A DNA stretch of 64,000 nt from Heterodontus francisci. Taxonomy: Eukaryota. Below the pieces are notes generated by a model that ran no database searches, was not told the DNA's origin, and saw nothing but the letters and a program-made list of their open reading frames with translations. Where the stretch lies: contig NC_090410.1 in NCBI RefSeq assembly GCF_036365525.1, positions 5,704,001 through 5,768,000 on the forward strand. The letters are read 5' to 3'. Position numbers and translations under genes: made by a program. Of the stretch, positions 50,720 to 64,000 are shown in pieces. The first letter of the stretch is position 1. Each line of letters starts with the position of its first letter.

Positions 50720-52170
50720 GAATGCTACGGTGGTCCAGGGGACACAGTCTCAGAATAAGGAGTAGGACATTTAGGACTGAGAAGAAGAGGAATTTCTTCA
50801 CTCAGAGGGTGATGAATCTGTGGAATTCTCTACTCCAGATGGCTATGGAGGCTCAGTCATTGACTATGTTCAAGGCAGAGGTTACTAGATATTAAAGCCA
50901 TCAAGGGATATGGGAAAATAGGGTTGAGTTAGATGATCAGCCATGATCTAGTTGAATGGCGGAGCAGGTTTGAGGAACTGAATGGCCTCCTCCTACATTC
51001 CTAATAGCTGTTCAGTTAATAGAAGTCACAGGAATAGGAGGAGTTAATTCAGCCCCTCGAGTTTGTTCCGCCATTCAATGAGATCATGGCTGATCTGCAA
51101 CCTAACTCCATATTTTTTTATTCATTCATGGGATGTGGGCGTTGCTGGCTAGGCTAGCATTTATTGCCCTTCCCTAATTGCCCACTGAAGGCATTGCTGT
51201 GGGTCTGGAGTCACGTAGGCCAGGTAAGGATGGTAGGTTTCTTTCCCTAAAGGACATTAGTAAACAAGATGGGTTTTTACAACAATCGACAGTAGTTTCA
51301 TGGTCATCATTAGACTAGCTTTTAATTCCAGATTTGTGAGTTGGATTCAAATTTCACCACCTATGTGGTGGGATTCAAACCCATGCCTCCAGAGCATTAG
51401 TCTAGGCATCTGGATTACCGGTCCAGTGACATTACCACTACACCACAGCCTCCACCCCCAAATATGTACCTGACTTTGCCCCATATCACTTAATACTTTT
51501 GTTGATAAAAATCTATCAATCTCAGATTTAAGATTGGTAATTGATCTACCATTAATTGCTGCTTGTAGAAGAGAGTTCCAAACTTCTACCACCTTTTGCA
51601 TGTAGAGGTGTTTCCTGCTTTTGTTCCTGAAAGGTCTGGGTCTAATTTTTAGACTATGCCCCGAGTCCTAGACTCCCCCACCAGCGGAAATAGTTTTTCT
51701 CTATCTACCCTATCTGTTCCTCTTAATATCTTGAAAACTTTGATCAGATCACCACTTAATCTTCTAAATTCCAGGGTATATAACCCTAGTTGTATAATCT
51801 CTCTTCGTAATTTAACCCTTGGAGTCCATTCCGGTAAATCTCTGCTGCACTCCCTCCAAGGTCAGTATATCTTTCCTAAGGTGTGGTGCCCAGAACTGCT
51901 CACAGTGCTCCAGGTGTGGTCTAACAAGGGCTCTGTATCGCTGTAGCATGACTTCTACCCCCTTGTATTCCACAAGTCTCTTTGGCCCTCCATATTTTTT
52001 AGCTTATCACCATTTAGAAAGTACCCTGTTCTATCCCTTTTTTGGTCCAAAATGGATGACCTTACATTTTCCAACATTGAAATCTATTTGCCACAGTTTT
52101 GCTCATTCACTTATTCTGTCAATATCACTTTATTTTATGCTTCCATCTACACTGCTTATAATGCCGCTGC
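50720..52170. mobile_element. Tail-to-tail CR1 3' fragments (+ 50720-51003; - 51030-52170)
   Basis: CR1 3' UTR motifs GATCAGCCATGATC and GAATGGCGGA on both strands. Confidence 0.85.
51113..51457 (-). mobile_element. tRNA-headed element nested in a CR1 3' UTR
   Basis: Minus strand: A box TGGTGTAGTGG, B box GGTTTGAATCC, LINE-shared tail and poly(A). Confidence 0.85.
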
Positions 52171-52631
52171 AGTCATTACTACGAAGTGTGTGTGTACACA
52201 TTAGGTGAAAAAGTAAGAGCTTTTGGCATTTAATGGATTCAGCAGTGAAACATTAAATCTCTCTCAGATCCGAGCGTTGTTGAAGGAGAATTTGTAAACG
52301 TGTAGTTATCGATCATGGTCACATGTCACCAGGGTGTTAAGTGTCCAAAAGCCGCAAATGTGACTGATTTCTGTGCTCGTTTGGATATGTAAATTAGTGC
52401 ACACATCAGTTACGCAATATTAACCTCCAGTGTTCCAATTAAAGGTAGTTTGTCAAAATCTGATAGAGTATGTCAATCACAAGTACTCCAATCTAGCAGA
52501 GTTTTAAACATTTCTCTTTAAATCCTAAACATGGTTTGGAAATTTAAAAGACTTTATTCGATATCAGTGTCCATCCTTTAAATGAAGGGGTGCAACTTGA
52601 CTTTTAATTTATTTTTGGCTGCCATCCCATG

Positions 52632-53025
52632 GTGTCAGCTGTGGCTCAGTGGGTAGCACTCCCGCCTCTGAATCAAAAGGTGTGGGTTCGAGTCCCACTC
52701 CAGGGATTTGAGCATGGGATCTGGGCTGACACTCGGGGAGGGAGTGCTGTCTTTCAAATGAGACAGTAAACCAAAGCCCTGTCTGCCCTTTCAGGTGGAT
52801 GTAAAAGATCCCATGGTACTGTTTCAAAGAGGAGTAGGGGAGTATTACCCAGTGCCCTGGCCAATGTTTATCCCTCAATCAACATCATAGAACAGATTAT
52901 CTGGTTAGTGGGACTTTACTGAGTGCGAATTGGCTGCTGTGTTTCCTAACTTACAACACTTAAAAATATTTAATTGTGACGTCCTGAGGTCATGAAAGGC
53001 ACCATTGAAATGCAAGTGTTTTTTC
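52632..53025 (+). mobile_element. DeuSINE (SacSINE1-like)
   Basis: TGGCTCAGTGG, GGTTCGAGTCC, Deu core. Confidence 0.85.
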
Positions 53026-53464
53026 TTATTAAAAGTCTTCATAATAAATTTAATTTTAAAAATGCCACAAAGTGCATTTGTGTGGATGTAAAGTGAAAAT
53101 AGGGTGAAGCTCAGTTGATTTGCACTCCATAGCCACAATGCTAAACTAACTGTCTTGGCACACAAGTGAAGAATGATCGCTTGCATAAGATATGGGTGAG
53201 CAGCCATCACAAGTCACCCCATTCCCTCACCTCCTTAAACCAGGTGGTGGGCGTGACAGCCTGTCTCATCACCTAATCCTGTACCATCTGGGAGATGGAA
53301 TCAGGTGGATAGGAGCACCCAACCCTTGATGTCTCACTCCGTACACACGCACGCGCAGATGCGCGTGCACACAGACATGTGCGTACACAGACACGCGCAC
53401 ACGCCGTAAAAGTGACTCTGAGGATTGTGGGTTCAGGTTGCTTGGAGTACTTGACCATGTACAA

Positions 53465-55115
53465 TACATAGAAACATAGAAAATAGGAGCAGGAGTGGGC
53501 CATTCAGCCCTTTGAGGCTGCTCCGCCATTCATTATGATCATGGCTAATCATCCAACTCTCTAACCTGTTCCCGCTTTCGCCCCATATCCTTTGATCCCT
53601 TTAAACCCAAGAGCTATATCTAACTCCTTCTTGAAAACATACAATGTTTTGGCCTCAACTGCTTTCTCTGGTAGCGAATTCCACAGGTTAACCACTCTCT
53701 GGGTGAAGAAATTTCTCCCCATCTCAGTCCTGAATGGGTTTACCCTGTATCCTTAGACTATGACCCCTGGTTCTGGACTCCCCCACCATCGGGAACATCC
53801 TTCCTGCATCTACCCTTTCAAGTCCTGTTAGAATTTTATAGGTTTCTATGAGATTCCCCCTCACCTGAACTCCGGCGAATGTAATCCTAACCAACTCGAT
53901 CTCTCCTCATACGTCAGTCCTGCCATCCCAGGAATCAGTCTGGTAAACCTTCCCTGCACTTCCTCTATAGCAAGGACATCCTTCCTCAGATAAGGAGACC
54001 AAAACTGCACACAATATTCCAGGTGTGGCCTCACCAAGGCCCTGTATAATTGCAGCAAGACATCCCTGCTTCTGTACTCTAATCCTCTCGCTATGAAGGC
54101 CAACATACCATTTGCTTTTTTTACCGCCTGTTGCACCTGCATGCTTACCTTCAGCGACTGGTGTACGAGAGCACCCAGGTCTTGTTGCATATTCCCCTCT
54201 CTCAGTTTATAGCTGTTCAGATAATAATCTGCCTTCCTGTTTTTGCTACCAAAGTGGATAACCTCACATTTATCCACATTATACTGCATCTGCTGTGCAT
54301 TTGCCCACACACTCAACTTGTCCAAATCACCCTGAAGCCTCTCTGCATCCTCCTCACAACTCACCCTCCCACCCAGTTTTGTGTCATCTGCTAATTTGGA
54401 GATATTGCATTTAGTTCCCTCATCTAAATCAGTAATATATATTGTGAATAGCTGGGGTCCTAGCACCGATCCCTGCGGTACCCCGCTAGTCACTGCCTGC
54501 AATTCGGAAAAAGACCCATTTATCCCTACTCTTTGTTTCATGTCTGCCAACCAATTTTCTATTCATCGCAATACAATACCCCCAATCCCATGCACTTTAA
54601 TTTTACACGCTAATCTTTTATGTGGGACTTTGTCGAAAGCCTTCTGAAAGTCCAAATAAACCACATCCACTGGCTCCCCCTCATCAACTCTACTAATTAC
54701 ATCCTCGAAGAATTCTAGTAGATTTGTCAAGCATGATTTCCCTTTCGTAAATCCATGCTGACTCTGTCCGATTCTACCACTGTTCTCCAAGTGGTCTGCT
54801 ACAAAATCTTTGGTTTCGAGAATTTTCCCCACTACCGACGTCAGGCTGACTGGTCTATAATTCCCTGCTTTCTACCTCCCTTCTTAAATAGTGGGGTTAC
54901 ATTAGTTACTCTCCAATCTGTAAGAACTGTTCCAGAGTCTGTAGAATCTTGGAAGATGACCACCAATGCATCCGCTATTTCTAGGGCCACTTCCTTAAGT
55001 ACTCTGGGATGCAGACCATCAGGCCCTGGGGATTTATCGGCTTTCAATCCCATAATTTTCCCCAACACCATTTCTCTACTAATACTGATTTCCTTGAGTG
55101 CCTCTCTCTCACTAA
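53465..55115 (-). mobile_element. 5'-truncated CR1 LINE, same subfamily as 31545-34990
   Basis: Translations nearly identical (DDTKLGGRVSCEEDAERLQGDLDKLS); same 3' UTR. Confidence 0.95.
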
Positions 55116-55859
55116 TAGGATGACACTGCAGTGTATTACTGAGGAAGTGCTGCATTGTTGGTGGTACCTTTCTGGATGAGATGCTCAGCTGAGGCCCCAT
55201 CTATTTATCCTGATGACTCAGGTGAATGTTAAAGATTGTGTTGCGAGTTTGGGGAATTCACTTAAGTTCCTTACCTCGACTTACCAACACATTATTTTGC
55301 TGTTCATCTCATTGTTGGAATGGCATCTAATAACTACTTAAAATAATTCATTGCATGTAGAACACTTGGAGATATCGCTGAGATTATAGAATGATGTTTT
55401 TTTCTTGGGTAATGTAAATTCAGTAGATTGTTGGGTTACGTTGCCCACATCAACAATGTTCTAACTCCTTTAACTATAACTCTTCCAAGTATATATATGG
55501 ACCTTATAATCTGGTGTATGTCAGACTCTTGTATTATTGCTGCATTGTTTTACAGTGAGTTACTGCGATGCTTAAAATGCCTGCATACAGATATTCTCTG
55601 CTCCATATTATACACTTGAACCCTGACAATTATTCACATACCTATTGTATTTATCTTGACCCTTTTCTCTGTGATGTCACCATTTTTGTTTAATCACTTT
55701 TTACAAAGGTTGTCCTCACTCAGCAAGGGAGGTTAGTGCTGGTGTGTGGAATACTTCTCCGTCTTGGACAGCCATTGCCAACATTAAAGACTTCCCAAAT
55801 TGGGTATAGCACAGGTAGGAAAGCTCCATTATCCTCGCCCAAAGGTGTGCCTCATACCA

Positions 55860-57465
55860 AATTCAAAAGGAGGAGGTGTTGGGCGTCTTGCAAAGCATTA
55901 AGGTAGATAAGTCCCCAGGGCCTGATGGGATCTACCCCAGAATACTGAGGGAGGCAAGGGAAAAAATTGCTGGGGCCTTGACAGAAATCTTTGTATCCTC
56001 ATTGGCTACAGGTGAGGTCCCAGAGGACTGGAGAATAGCCAATGTTGTTCTTTTGTTTAAGAAGGGTAGCAAGGATAATCCAGGAAATTATATGCCGGTG
56101 AGCCTTACGTCAGTGGTAGATAAATTATTGGAGAGGATTCTTCGGGACAGGATTTACTCCCATTTGGAAACAAATTAACTTATTAGCGAGAGGCAGCATG
56201 GTTTTGTGAAGGGGAGGTTGTGTCTCACTAACTTGATTGAGTTTTTTGAGGAAGTGACGAAGATGATTGATGAAGGAAGGGCAGTGGATTTTGTCTATAT
56301 GGACTTCAGTAAAGCCTTTGACAAGGTCCCTCATGGCAGACTGGTACAAAAGGTGAAGTCACACGGGATCAGAGATGAGCTGGCAAGATGGATACAGAAC
56401 TGGCTCGGTCATAGAAGACAGAGGGTAGCAGTGGGAGGGTGCTTTTCTGAATGGAGGCCTGTGACTAGTGGTGTTCCGCAGGGATCAGTGCTGGGACCTT
56501 TGCTGTTTGTAGTATATATAAATGATTTGGAGGAAAATGTAGCAGGTCTGATTAAGTTTGCGGACGACACAAAGGTTGGTAGAGTTGCGGATAATGATGA
56601 GGATTGTCAGAGGATACAGCAGGATATAGATCGGTTGGAGACTTGGGCGGAGAAATGGCAGATGGAGTTTAGTCCGGACAAATGTGAGGTAATGCATTTT
56701 GGAAGGTCTAATGTAGGTGCGAAGTATACAGTAAATGGCAGAACCCTTAGGAGTATTGACAGGCAGAGAGATCTGGGTGTACAGGTCCACAGGTCACTGA
56801 AAGTGGCAACGCAGGTGGATAAGGTAGTCAAGAAGGCATACAGCATGCTTGCCTTCATTGGTCGGGGCATAGAGTATAAAAATTGGCAAGTCATGCTGCA
56901 GCTGTACAGAACCTTCGTTAGGCCACACTTAGAATATTGTGTACAATTCTGGTCGCCACACTACCAGAAGGACGTGGAGGCTTTGGAGAGGGTACAGAAG
57001 AGGTTTACCAGGATGTTGCCTGCAGGGCATTAGCTATGAGGAGAGATTGGATAAACTCGGATTGTTTTCACTGGAACGACGGAGGTGGAGGGGCGACATG
57101 ATAGAGGTTTACAAAGTTATGAGCGGCATGGACAGAGTGGATAGTCAGAAGCTTTTTCCCAGGGTGGAAGAGTCAGTTACTAGGGGACATAGGTTTAAGG
57201 TGCGAGGGGCAAAGTTTAGAGGGGATGTGCGAGGCAAGTTCTTTACACAGAGGGTGGTGAGTGCCTGGAACTTGCTGCCGGAGGAGGTGGTGGAAGCAGG
57301 TATGATGGCGACGTTTAAGAGGCATCTTGACAAATGCATGAATAGGTTGGGAATAGAGGGATACGGTCCCCGGAAGTGCAGAAGGTTTTAGTTTAGGCAG
57401 GCATCAAGATCGGCGCAGGCTTGGAGGGCCGAATGGCCTGTTCCTGTGCTGTACTGTTCTTTGTA
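55860..57465 (+). mobile_element. 5'-truncated CR1 LINE (RT plus 3' UTR)
   Basis: KSPGPDGIYPR, DFSKAFDKV, GVPQGS, FADDTK; stop and frameshift present. Confidence 0.95.
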
Positions 57466-58289
57466 CTCCCTACTACACCAGTGTGACATTTTGAATTTCC
57501 CACCTCTCCATTGAACCGTACAGGTTTCTACCACAGAAGGGGGCCTTTTGGCCCACCGTGTCTATGCGGGTTCTTTCCTTGAGCAATTCAAAACTAATCT
57601 GACTCTCTCCGTAGCCCTGAATCTTCCACTCCTTCAAATTATTATTTAATTTTCCCTTAAATGATGCAGTAATCTCCACCTCAGCTCTTCCATGTGTCAA
57701 AACATTCCATGCTGTAGCACCCTCTGCATAAAGACATTTTCGTGTTCTGTCCTTGTTCTCTTGTGGCATTCAAATGGTTTCTGTGAGTTAAATAACAGAT
57801 GGCTTCATTGATTTAGTTACTAGGGGCATCCTGTGATGTAAAGGACTGTCTTGTTCAATGATGAAGACATTGAACTAATTAATTAGCAAACAAAGTTGTG
57901 TAAGAAAGCAATTTATGTCTTTCTAAGGCAGAGTTACATATCACAATCTATCTTTAAATGCATCAAGTATTGTTTGATTTGATTAGAAATGATTTTAGCA
58001 GTCTTCTTTGTTAATTGGAAAGTTGTATGAAAAATTGCTTTGATTCATTGGAGAGCCCATACATTTGAGATCCAAGGGTTTGAATAGCAGTAGTCCAGAG
58101 ACAAAGGCAGAGGTCTTTTGAAAACTGCCTCTTCAAACAGGTGGAGTAGTTCTCAAAAAAACAGCCTCAAGCTAGTAGTCAAAAGAAAGCTGAATTCGCA
58201 ACACATTTACAAGATTTTCACTCATTGAATTGGCAGACAACCATTCTTGCTAAGCGTAATTAACCCATTGTGGACATCAGAAGCCCAAC

Positions 58290-59238
58290 CAGCTTCAGCT
58301 GTTTCATCAATAACCGTCCCTCCATCTTAAAGTCAGAAGTGGAGATATTCGCTGATGATTGTACAATGTTCAGCACCATTCGCGACTCCTCAGATACTAA
58401 AGCAGTCCAGGTCCATATGCAGCAAGACCTGGATAACATCCAGACTTGGACTGATATGTAGCGCGAATGTTACTTGGCACTTAAGTGCCAGGCAATGGCC
58501 ATCTCCAACAAAAGAGAACTTAGCCGTCTCCCCTTGATGTTCAACGAGATTACCCCACCATTAACATCCTGGGGGTTACCATTGACCAGAAACTTTAACT
58601 GGACCAGCCATATATATACTGTGGCTACAAGAGCAGGGTAGAGGCTGGGAATTCTGCGACAAGTAACCTACCTCCGGACTCCCCAGCGCCTATCCACCAT
58701 CTACAAGGTACGTCAGGTGTGTGATGGAATACTCCTCACTTGCCTGGGTGAGTGCAGCTCTAGCAACACTCGAGAAGCTCAACACCATCCAAGACAAAGC
58801 AGCCCAGTTGATCGGCACCCATGCACCACCTTCAACATTCATTCCCTTCACCACTGGCGCACAGTGGCAGCAGTGTCTACCATCTGCAAGATGCCCTGCA
58901 GCAACCCGCTAAGCCTCCTTTGACAGCACCTTCCAAACCCACGATCTCTACCACCTGGAAGGACAAAAGCAGGAGGTACATGGGAACACCACGACCTGCA
59001 AGTTCCCCTCCAAGTCGCACACCATCCTGACTTGGAACTATATGGCCGTTCCTTCGCTGTCACTGGGTCTAAATCCTGGAACAGTTTCCCTAACAGCGCT
59101 GTGGATGTACCTACATCACATGGACTACAGTGGTTCAAGAAGGTAGCTCCCCACCACCTTTTCAAGGGGCAATTAGGGATGAGCAACAAATGCTGACCTT
59201 GTCAGTGATGCTCCTATCCCATGAGCAAATAAAAAAAC
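58290..59238 (+). mobile_element. 3' part of the second CR1-like LINE family (RT FADD to tail)
   Basis: FSCFINN..IFADDCT..MQQDLDNIQ; tail GGGCAATTAGGGATGAGCAACAAATGCTG. Confidence 0.9.
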
Positions 59239-59239
59239 C

Positions 59240-59712
59240 CCATAAGATATAGGAGCTGGAGTAGGCTATACGGCGCATCAAGCCTGCTCCAGTATTTAAT
59301 AACATCATGCCTGATCATCTACCTCAACTCCACTTTCCCTCCCTATCCCCATATCTGTTGTTTGCCTTAGTGTCCAAAAATCTAGTCATCTCAATCTTGA
59401 ATATACTCTACCACTGAGCATCCAAAGATTCACAGCCTTCTGAATGAAGAAATTTCCTCATCTTAATGCTGAGACTATGACCCCTAGTTCTAGACTCTCC
59501 AACCAGAGTAAACAGCCTCTCAGTATTTTCCCTGTTCAGCCCTGTTGAGAATGTTCCACATTTCTTATTCTTCTAAACTCCAGAGATTATCGGCCCATTC
59601 CACTCAATCTCTCCTCGTAGGACAGCCCCTCATCCTAGAAAGCAATCTAGTGAGCCTTTGTTGCACCCCCTCGAAGGGAAATGTGTCCTTTCTTGGGTAA
59701 AGAGACCAAATT
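59240..59712 (-). mobile_element. CR1 3' fragment
   Basis: Similar to 3397-3920. Confidence 0.8.
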
Positions 59713-60094
59713 CATCAGGATTCATGCTGTTTGTAAGGGCAGAGTACAGAAAGAGGGACAGCTTCCAGTTCACAGGTATATTGCACCACAGTTGTTAGAA
59801 AAAAGATGGTAATAAAATCCTAATTCTGTAACAACCATTTTATTATTTTTCTGAATAAGATTAACAATTAGTGTTGGATTTGGGAATATTTTAGTATGAA
59901 AGACCATTATACACTAGGAACTGAATTGAGAATACCCAGACTTATTTCCTGAAGGATCTTTTCAGCCCGCAGGGAAATGAGGCTTTCATTCCATCAGTCA
60001 GGCTGGCGTCATCCCAGAGCTGAAAAGCCTAGGTCTAACCTACTGCACCAGTATCATGCAGCAAATTTCACCTTAAACTTTTTTGTATTCACAG

Positions 60095-60209
60095 GATACA
60101 GAAGAATATGCTCATGGACCTCACTAAAGACATCATGAATGAATTGGGCATCTCAGTTGTTGGGGATATTATTGCCATTCTCAAACATGCCAAAGTGGTG
60201 TACAAGCAG
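60095..60209 (+). CDS. C19orf47: C19orf47 coding exon 3 (SAM-like region)
   Basis: cacag|G ATA CAG: IQKNMLMDLTKDIMNELGISVVGDIIAILKHAKVVYKQ; donor CAG|gtgagg; 115 nt. The gene continues beyond the window. Confidence 0.95.
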
Positions 60210-60884
60210 GTGAGGGCTGGCAAAGTTACTTGCTTAGCCAAACAGTGTACCTACGCCCCTTGTTTCAGTATTTCTGTTGATAGTGATATCAAACAATTTA
60301 ATTTGACTTTTAACATGTGACTCGAATCTCCATATGTCTCCCTCACTTGAGGTGTACTTACTCTGATGTTACATGCCATCCCTTTAAATCTCTTTGACTA
60401 TATTATCCTGCTAATTGTCACAAATGATACAAAATGTTAGGCTGTTAAATATATGCAGCAAATAATGAAGATGCATAACATTTTTATGCTCCTGTCAATA
60501 GTTCAGCCCTGAACATTTAGCATTTCAATTCCTCCACTCTCTCAGCTCTTATTTGCCATTTGCCTTGCATTAGGCAATAAAAAATTAATGTTTTGAACAA
60601 ACCCCCTTTGGCTCAGTGTTAATCTACACATAGCTGAGTTGGCAGTTTTCACTGCTGCTGTATCAGCCTCTGAATTGAGGGCATAAATACGGTTCAAGAA
60701 GGAAATTAATATTGAAGAATTCTCTAAGTGTGACCACTGGATAGTAAAATCAGTGCATTAGACCATTGTTTATAGGGGATTGTGTCTCTAATGTAAATGG
60801 CAGCAGGACAATTTGTACCAGCCAGGTTTCCTGTCCTAGTAGATAAGCACCTGGAACAACTGGGTGATTGGAGTATTTAGTTCA

Positions 60885-61650
60885 GAAACAGATGCTGGAA
60901 ATTGGAAATACTCAGCAAGTCAGGCAGCATCTTCGGAGAGAGAAGCAGAGTTAATGCTTCAGGTCAATGACTTGATCAGAGCTGGAAAATGTTAGAAATG
61001 TAAAAGGTTTTAAGCAAGTGAAAGGGAGGGGAGGGTGGGAACAGAACAAAAGGGATGGTCTATGATAGACTGGAAGACAGGAGAGATTAAATGACAAAAG
61101 GGTTGATGTTGCAAGGTCAAAGGGAGAGGTAATGGGGCAGGTAAAGAAACAACAGATGTGTCTAGAGGAGATGTGAATGGCCGAATGATGAACATTTGCC
61201 GTCTGAAAGCAAAAACAAGAGAAAAACGCGAGTAAAGATCGAAACCTGCAAAGAAAAAGCAGACAAAATAGGGGCAGGGATTACGATCTGAAATTGTTGA
61301 ACTGATTGTTGAGTCTGGAAGGCTGTAAAATACCTATTCAAAAGATGAGGTGCTGCTCCTTGAGCATGTGGAGAGCTTTATTGAAACACTGCAGGAGGCA
61401 AAGAACAGAGAGCCAGGTGCAGAATTAAAATGACAGGCAACTGGAAGCTTGGGGTCACGCTTCCGGATTAAACAGAGATGTTCCAGAAAGTGGTCACCCA
61501 ATCTGCGTTTGATCTCCTCAGTGAGAGCAAACTGCATTGTAAGCAATGAATGCAACATACTAAATTGAAAGAAGTAGATGTAAATTGCTGGAAGGAGTGT
61601 TTGGGGCCTTGGACAGCGAGGAAAGAGGAGATAAAAGGGCATGCGCTGGT
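60885..61650 (-). mobile_element. Penelope-like element remnant (GIY-YIG end plus terminal repeat)
   Basis: Minus frame KRRLGDHFLEHL..IRKRDPKLPVACHFNS, typical of the PLE GIY-YIG C-terminal region; pyrimidine-rich 3' region; degenerate hammerhead. Confidence 0.8.
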
Positions 61651-61899
61651 AAGGTGACCATTAGGACAGAGGTTTGGAACTGTAGGACAGAAACCAAAAT
61701 TAACCCCAAGCTAAAGTAACCCATTTTTGTATCATGAACCACATATACTCGATCAAATGTTTGTGTGGATATGCTGTTTAAATAGACACTTTAATTATGA
61801 TTTAAATTTTCCTGTAGCATAGATACACCAGATTGCATTCACCCTCCACTGGAGCCTACTGGCACAGATTCTCAGTAAGGTGATAACTTTCCATGATTT

Positions 61900-63500
61900 G
61901 TGTACAAGGACATACACATCCCTCTGCTTACCAACTTTTACTGGTGTCTCACCTTTTAAAAATATTCTGCTTTTCTGTTTTTCCTACCAAACTGGATAAC
62001 CTCTCATTTCTCCACACTATACTCCATCTGCCATTTTCTTCCACTAATTGGCTTTATCAAGATTAGGGTTCAGGGGATTGGGAGTAATATGTTAGCTTGG
62101 CTTGAGGATTGGTTAACAGACAGTAAAACAACAAGTGGGAATAAATGGGTCATTTTCAGGATGGCAAGGTGTAACTAGAGAAATGCTGCAAGGATCAGTG
62201 CTTAGATGTCAACTATTTACAATCAGTATCAATGAGGGGACCATGGAGTGGAATATATCCAAATTTGCTGAGAATACAAAGCTGGATGGGAAAGTAAGCT
62301 GTGAGGAGAACATAGAGTCATAGAGTTGTACAGCATAGAAACAGGCCCTTCGGCCCACCATGTCCATGCCGACCATAATGCTAATCCCACCTGCCTGCAT
62401 TAATTCCATATCCCTCTATGCCTTGCTCATTCAAGTACCTGTCCAGATGCCTCTTAAATGCTGCTACTGTTCCTGCCTCCACCACCAACATAGGCTGCAA
62501 AGGGATACAGACAGGTTATGAGAGTGGGCAAGAAGGTGGCAGTTGGAGTATATAATGTGGGGAAATGTGAAATTGCCCGCTTTGGTGGGAAGAATAGAAA
62601 AGCAGAATTTTTTTTCAAGGTGAGAGATTCGTTAATTTTGCTATACAGAAAGATTTCATTGTGCTTGTACACAAATGGCAGTAAACATGCAGGTACAGTA
62701 AGCAATTGGGAAGGCAAATGGTATGTTGGCCATTATTGCAAGGGGTTCAGAGTATGAGTCAGAAAGTCTTGCTACAATTATATAGGGTTTTTGGTGAGAC
62801 CACAATTAGAGTGCTGTGTACAGTTTTGGTTTCTATACCTAAGGAAGGATATACTTGTCTTATGTGGAGTGCAGTGACAGTTCACTAGATTGATTCCTGG
62901 GATGAGAGGGTTGTTTGATGAGGAGAAATTTAAGTAGAATGGGCTTATAGTCTCTGGAATTTAGAATGAGACTCCTGCTCCTATTTCTAATGTTCTTATG
63001 TAAGTCTAACTCTTGTCACTGTGCTCTTCAGCCCCATTTGCTATATATGAGCAGTCAGCCTTTATCTAGAGACTTCATTCCCCCATAGAATAATACGGCA
63101 CAGAAGGAGGCAATTCAGCCCATCATGCCTATGCCAGCTCTTTGAAAGAGCTGTCAATTAATCTCATTTGCCCTGCTCTTTACCCATAATGCTGAAAATG
63201 TTTATTTTTCAACCATATATACAATTCCCATTTTGAAAGTTACTATTGAATCTGCTTCCGAAACCACTTCAGGACAGTGCGTTCCAGATCATGACCACTC
63301 ACTCTCCTCATCTCTTTGGTTCTTTTACCATTATGGTAAAACTATGTCCTCTGTTTACTGACACTGCAAACAGTTACTCCTTACTCTTATCAAAACCCCT
63401 CCTAATTTTGAACCTCTGTTAAATCTCCCTTCTCTGTTCCAAGGAGAATAATTCCAGCTTCTCCAATGTCTCCACGTGACTGAAGTCCCTCATCTGTGTA
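61900..63500. mobile_element. Cluster of degenerate CR1 fragments in both orientations
   Basis: GINGSFSGWQ and SKFAENTKL; an inverted 3'-end insert at ~62310-62485. Confidence 0.8.
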
Positions 63501-64000
63501 TTTTTCATACGTTGTCACTGTGCTGTTCTCTCCACATTATTGTCAACATTAGTACTAATTTTATTCTTAGTCAATTGATTCTGTGATGTTTTCTTAAAGG
63601 GGAAAGCTGGAAAATAAAATTTCTCGAAAACATATCGGGTTGGAACATCAACAGGTCTAAAAAAAAAAGATTGGGGTTGTAAAGAGTTACTTAATCTCAG
63701 TGGGGAAATTTGAGACTGATGACGGGAAGTTCTTCACACAGAGCAATCAACACTTAGAATATATTTCTGGCTGCTATAACAGAGACAAAAATCCTGGAAT
63801 AATTTAAGAAACATTTGATGGGACTGTGGATTATTTCTGGATGGACTAGCTAGTTGTGTCCAAATGGGATCCTTCATTCCTACCTATGCAATGAAGTGAA
63901 ACTCCTGAGATTGGTCACCTTAAGTAGCTTGCAAGGCAATTACAAATGCATTTCAAATGTCCCTAGGTCGCAGAAGAAATCTGACACTGCACGCCGAGGA

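Overview
Vertebrate nuclear DNA. The repeat landscape (CR1/HER1-type LINEs, HE1-like V-SINEs, SacSINE1-like DeuSINEs, Penelope fragments) points to a shark or ray. Three spliced host genes are readable with GT-AG sites and consistent phases: (1) an SRSF5-like SR splicing factor on the minus strand (CpG-rich promoter ~11.9-12.6 kb, three coding exons, continuing off the left edge); (2) a complete CCDC97 on the plus strand (four coding exons, 338 aa), head-to-head with the SR gene; (3) the first three coding exons of C19orf47 on the plus strand. Much of the remainder is decayed, often nested retroelements; no intact autonomous element is present. Best leads: an apparently ORF1-less CR1-like LINE whose 5' UTR is the body of a tRNA-headed 'SINE', with a series of internally deleted derivatives; a hammerhead-ribozyme core in a Penelope-derived mini element nested in a hAT-type MITE; a tandem PBX/PREP + Sp1 motif array at the SR-gene promoter; and a probable SRSF5 ohnolog among genes that map to human 19q13.2. 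Family names and orthology come from recalled sequence knowledge, not searches. Repeat boundaries are approximate unless a TSD is given.
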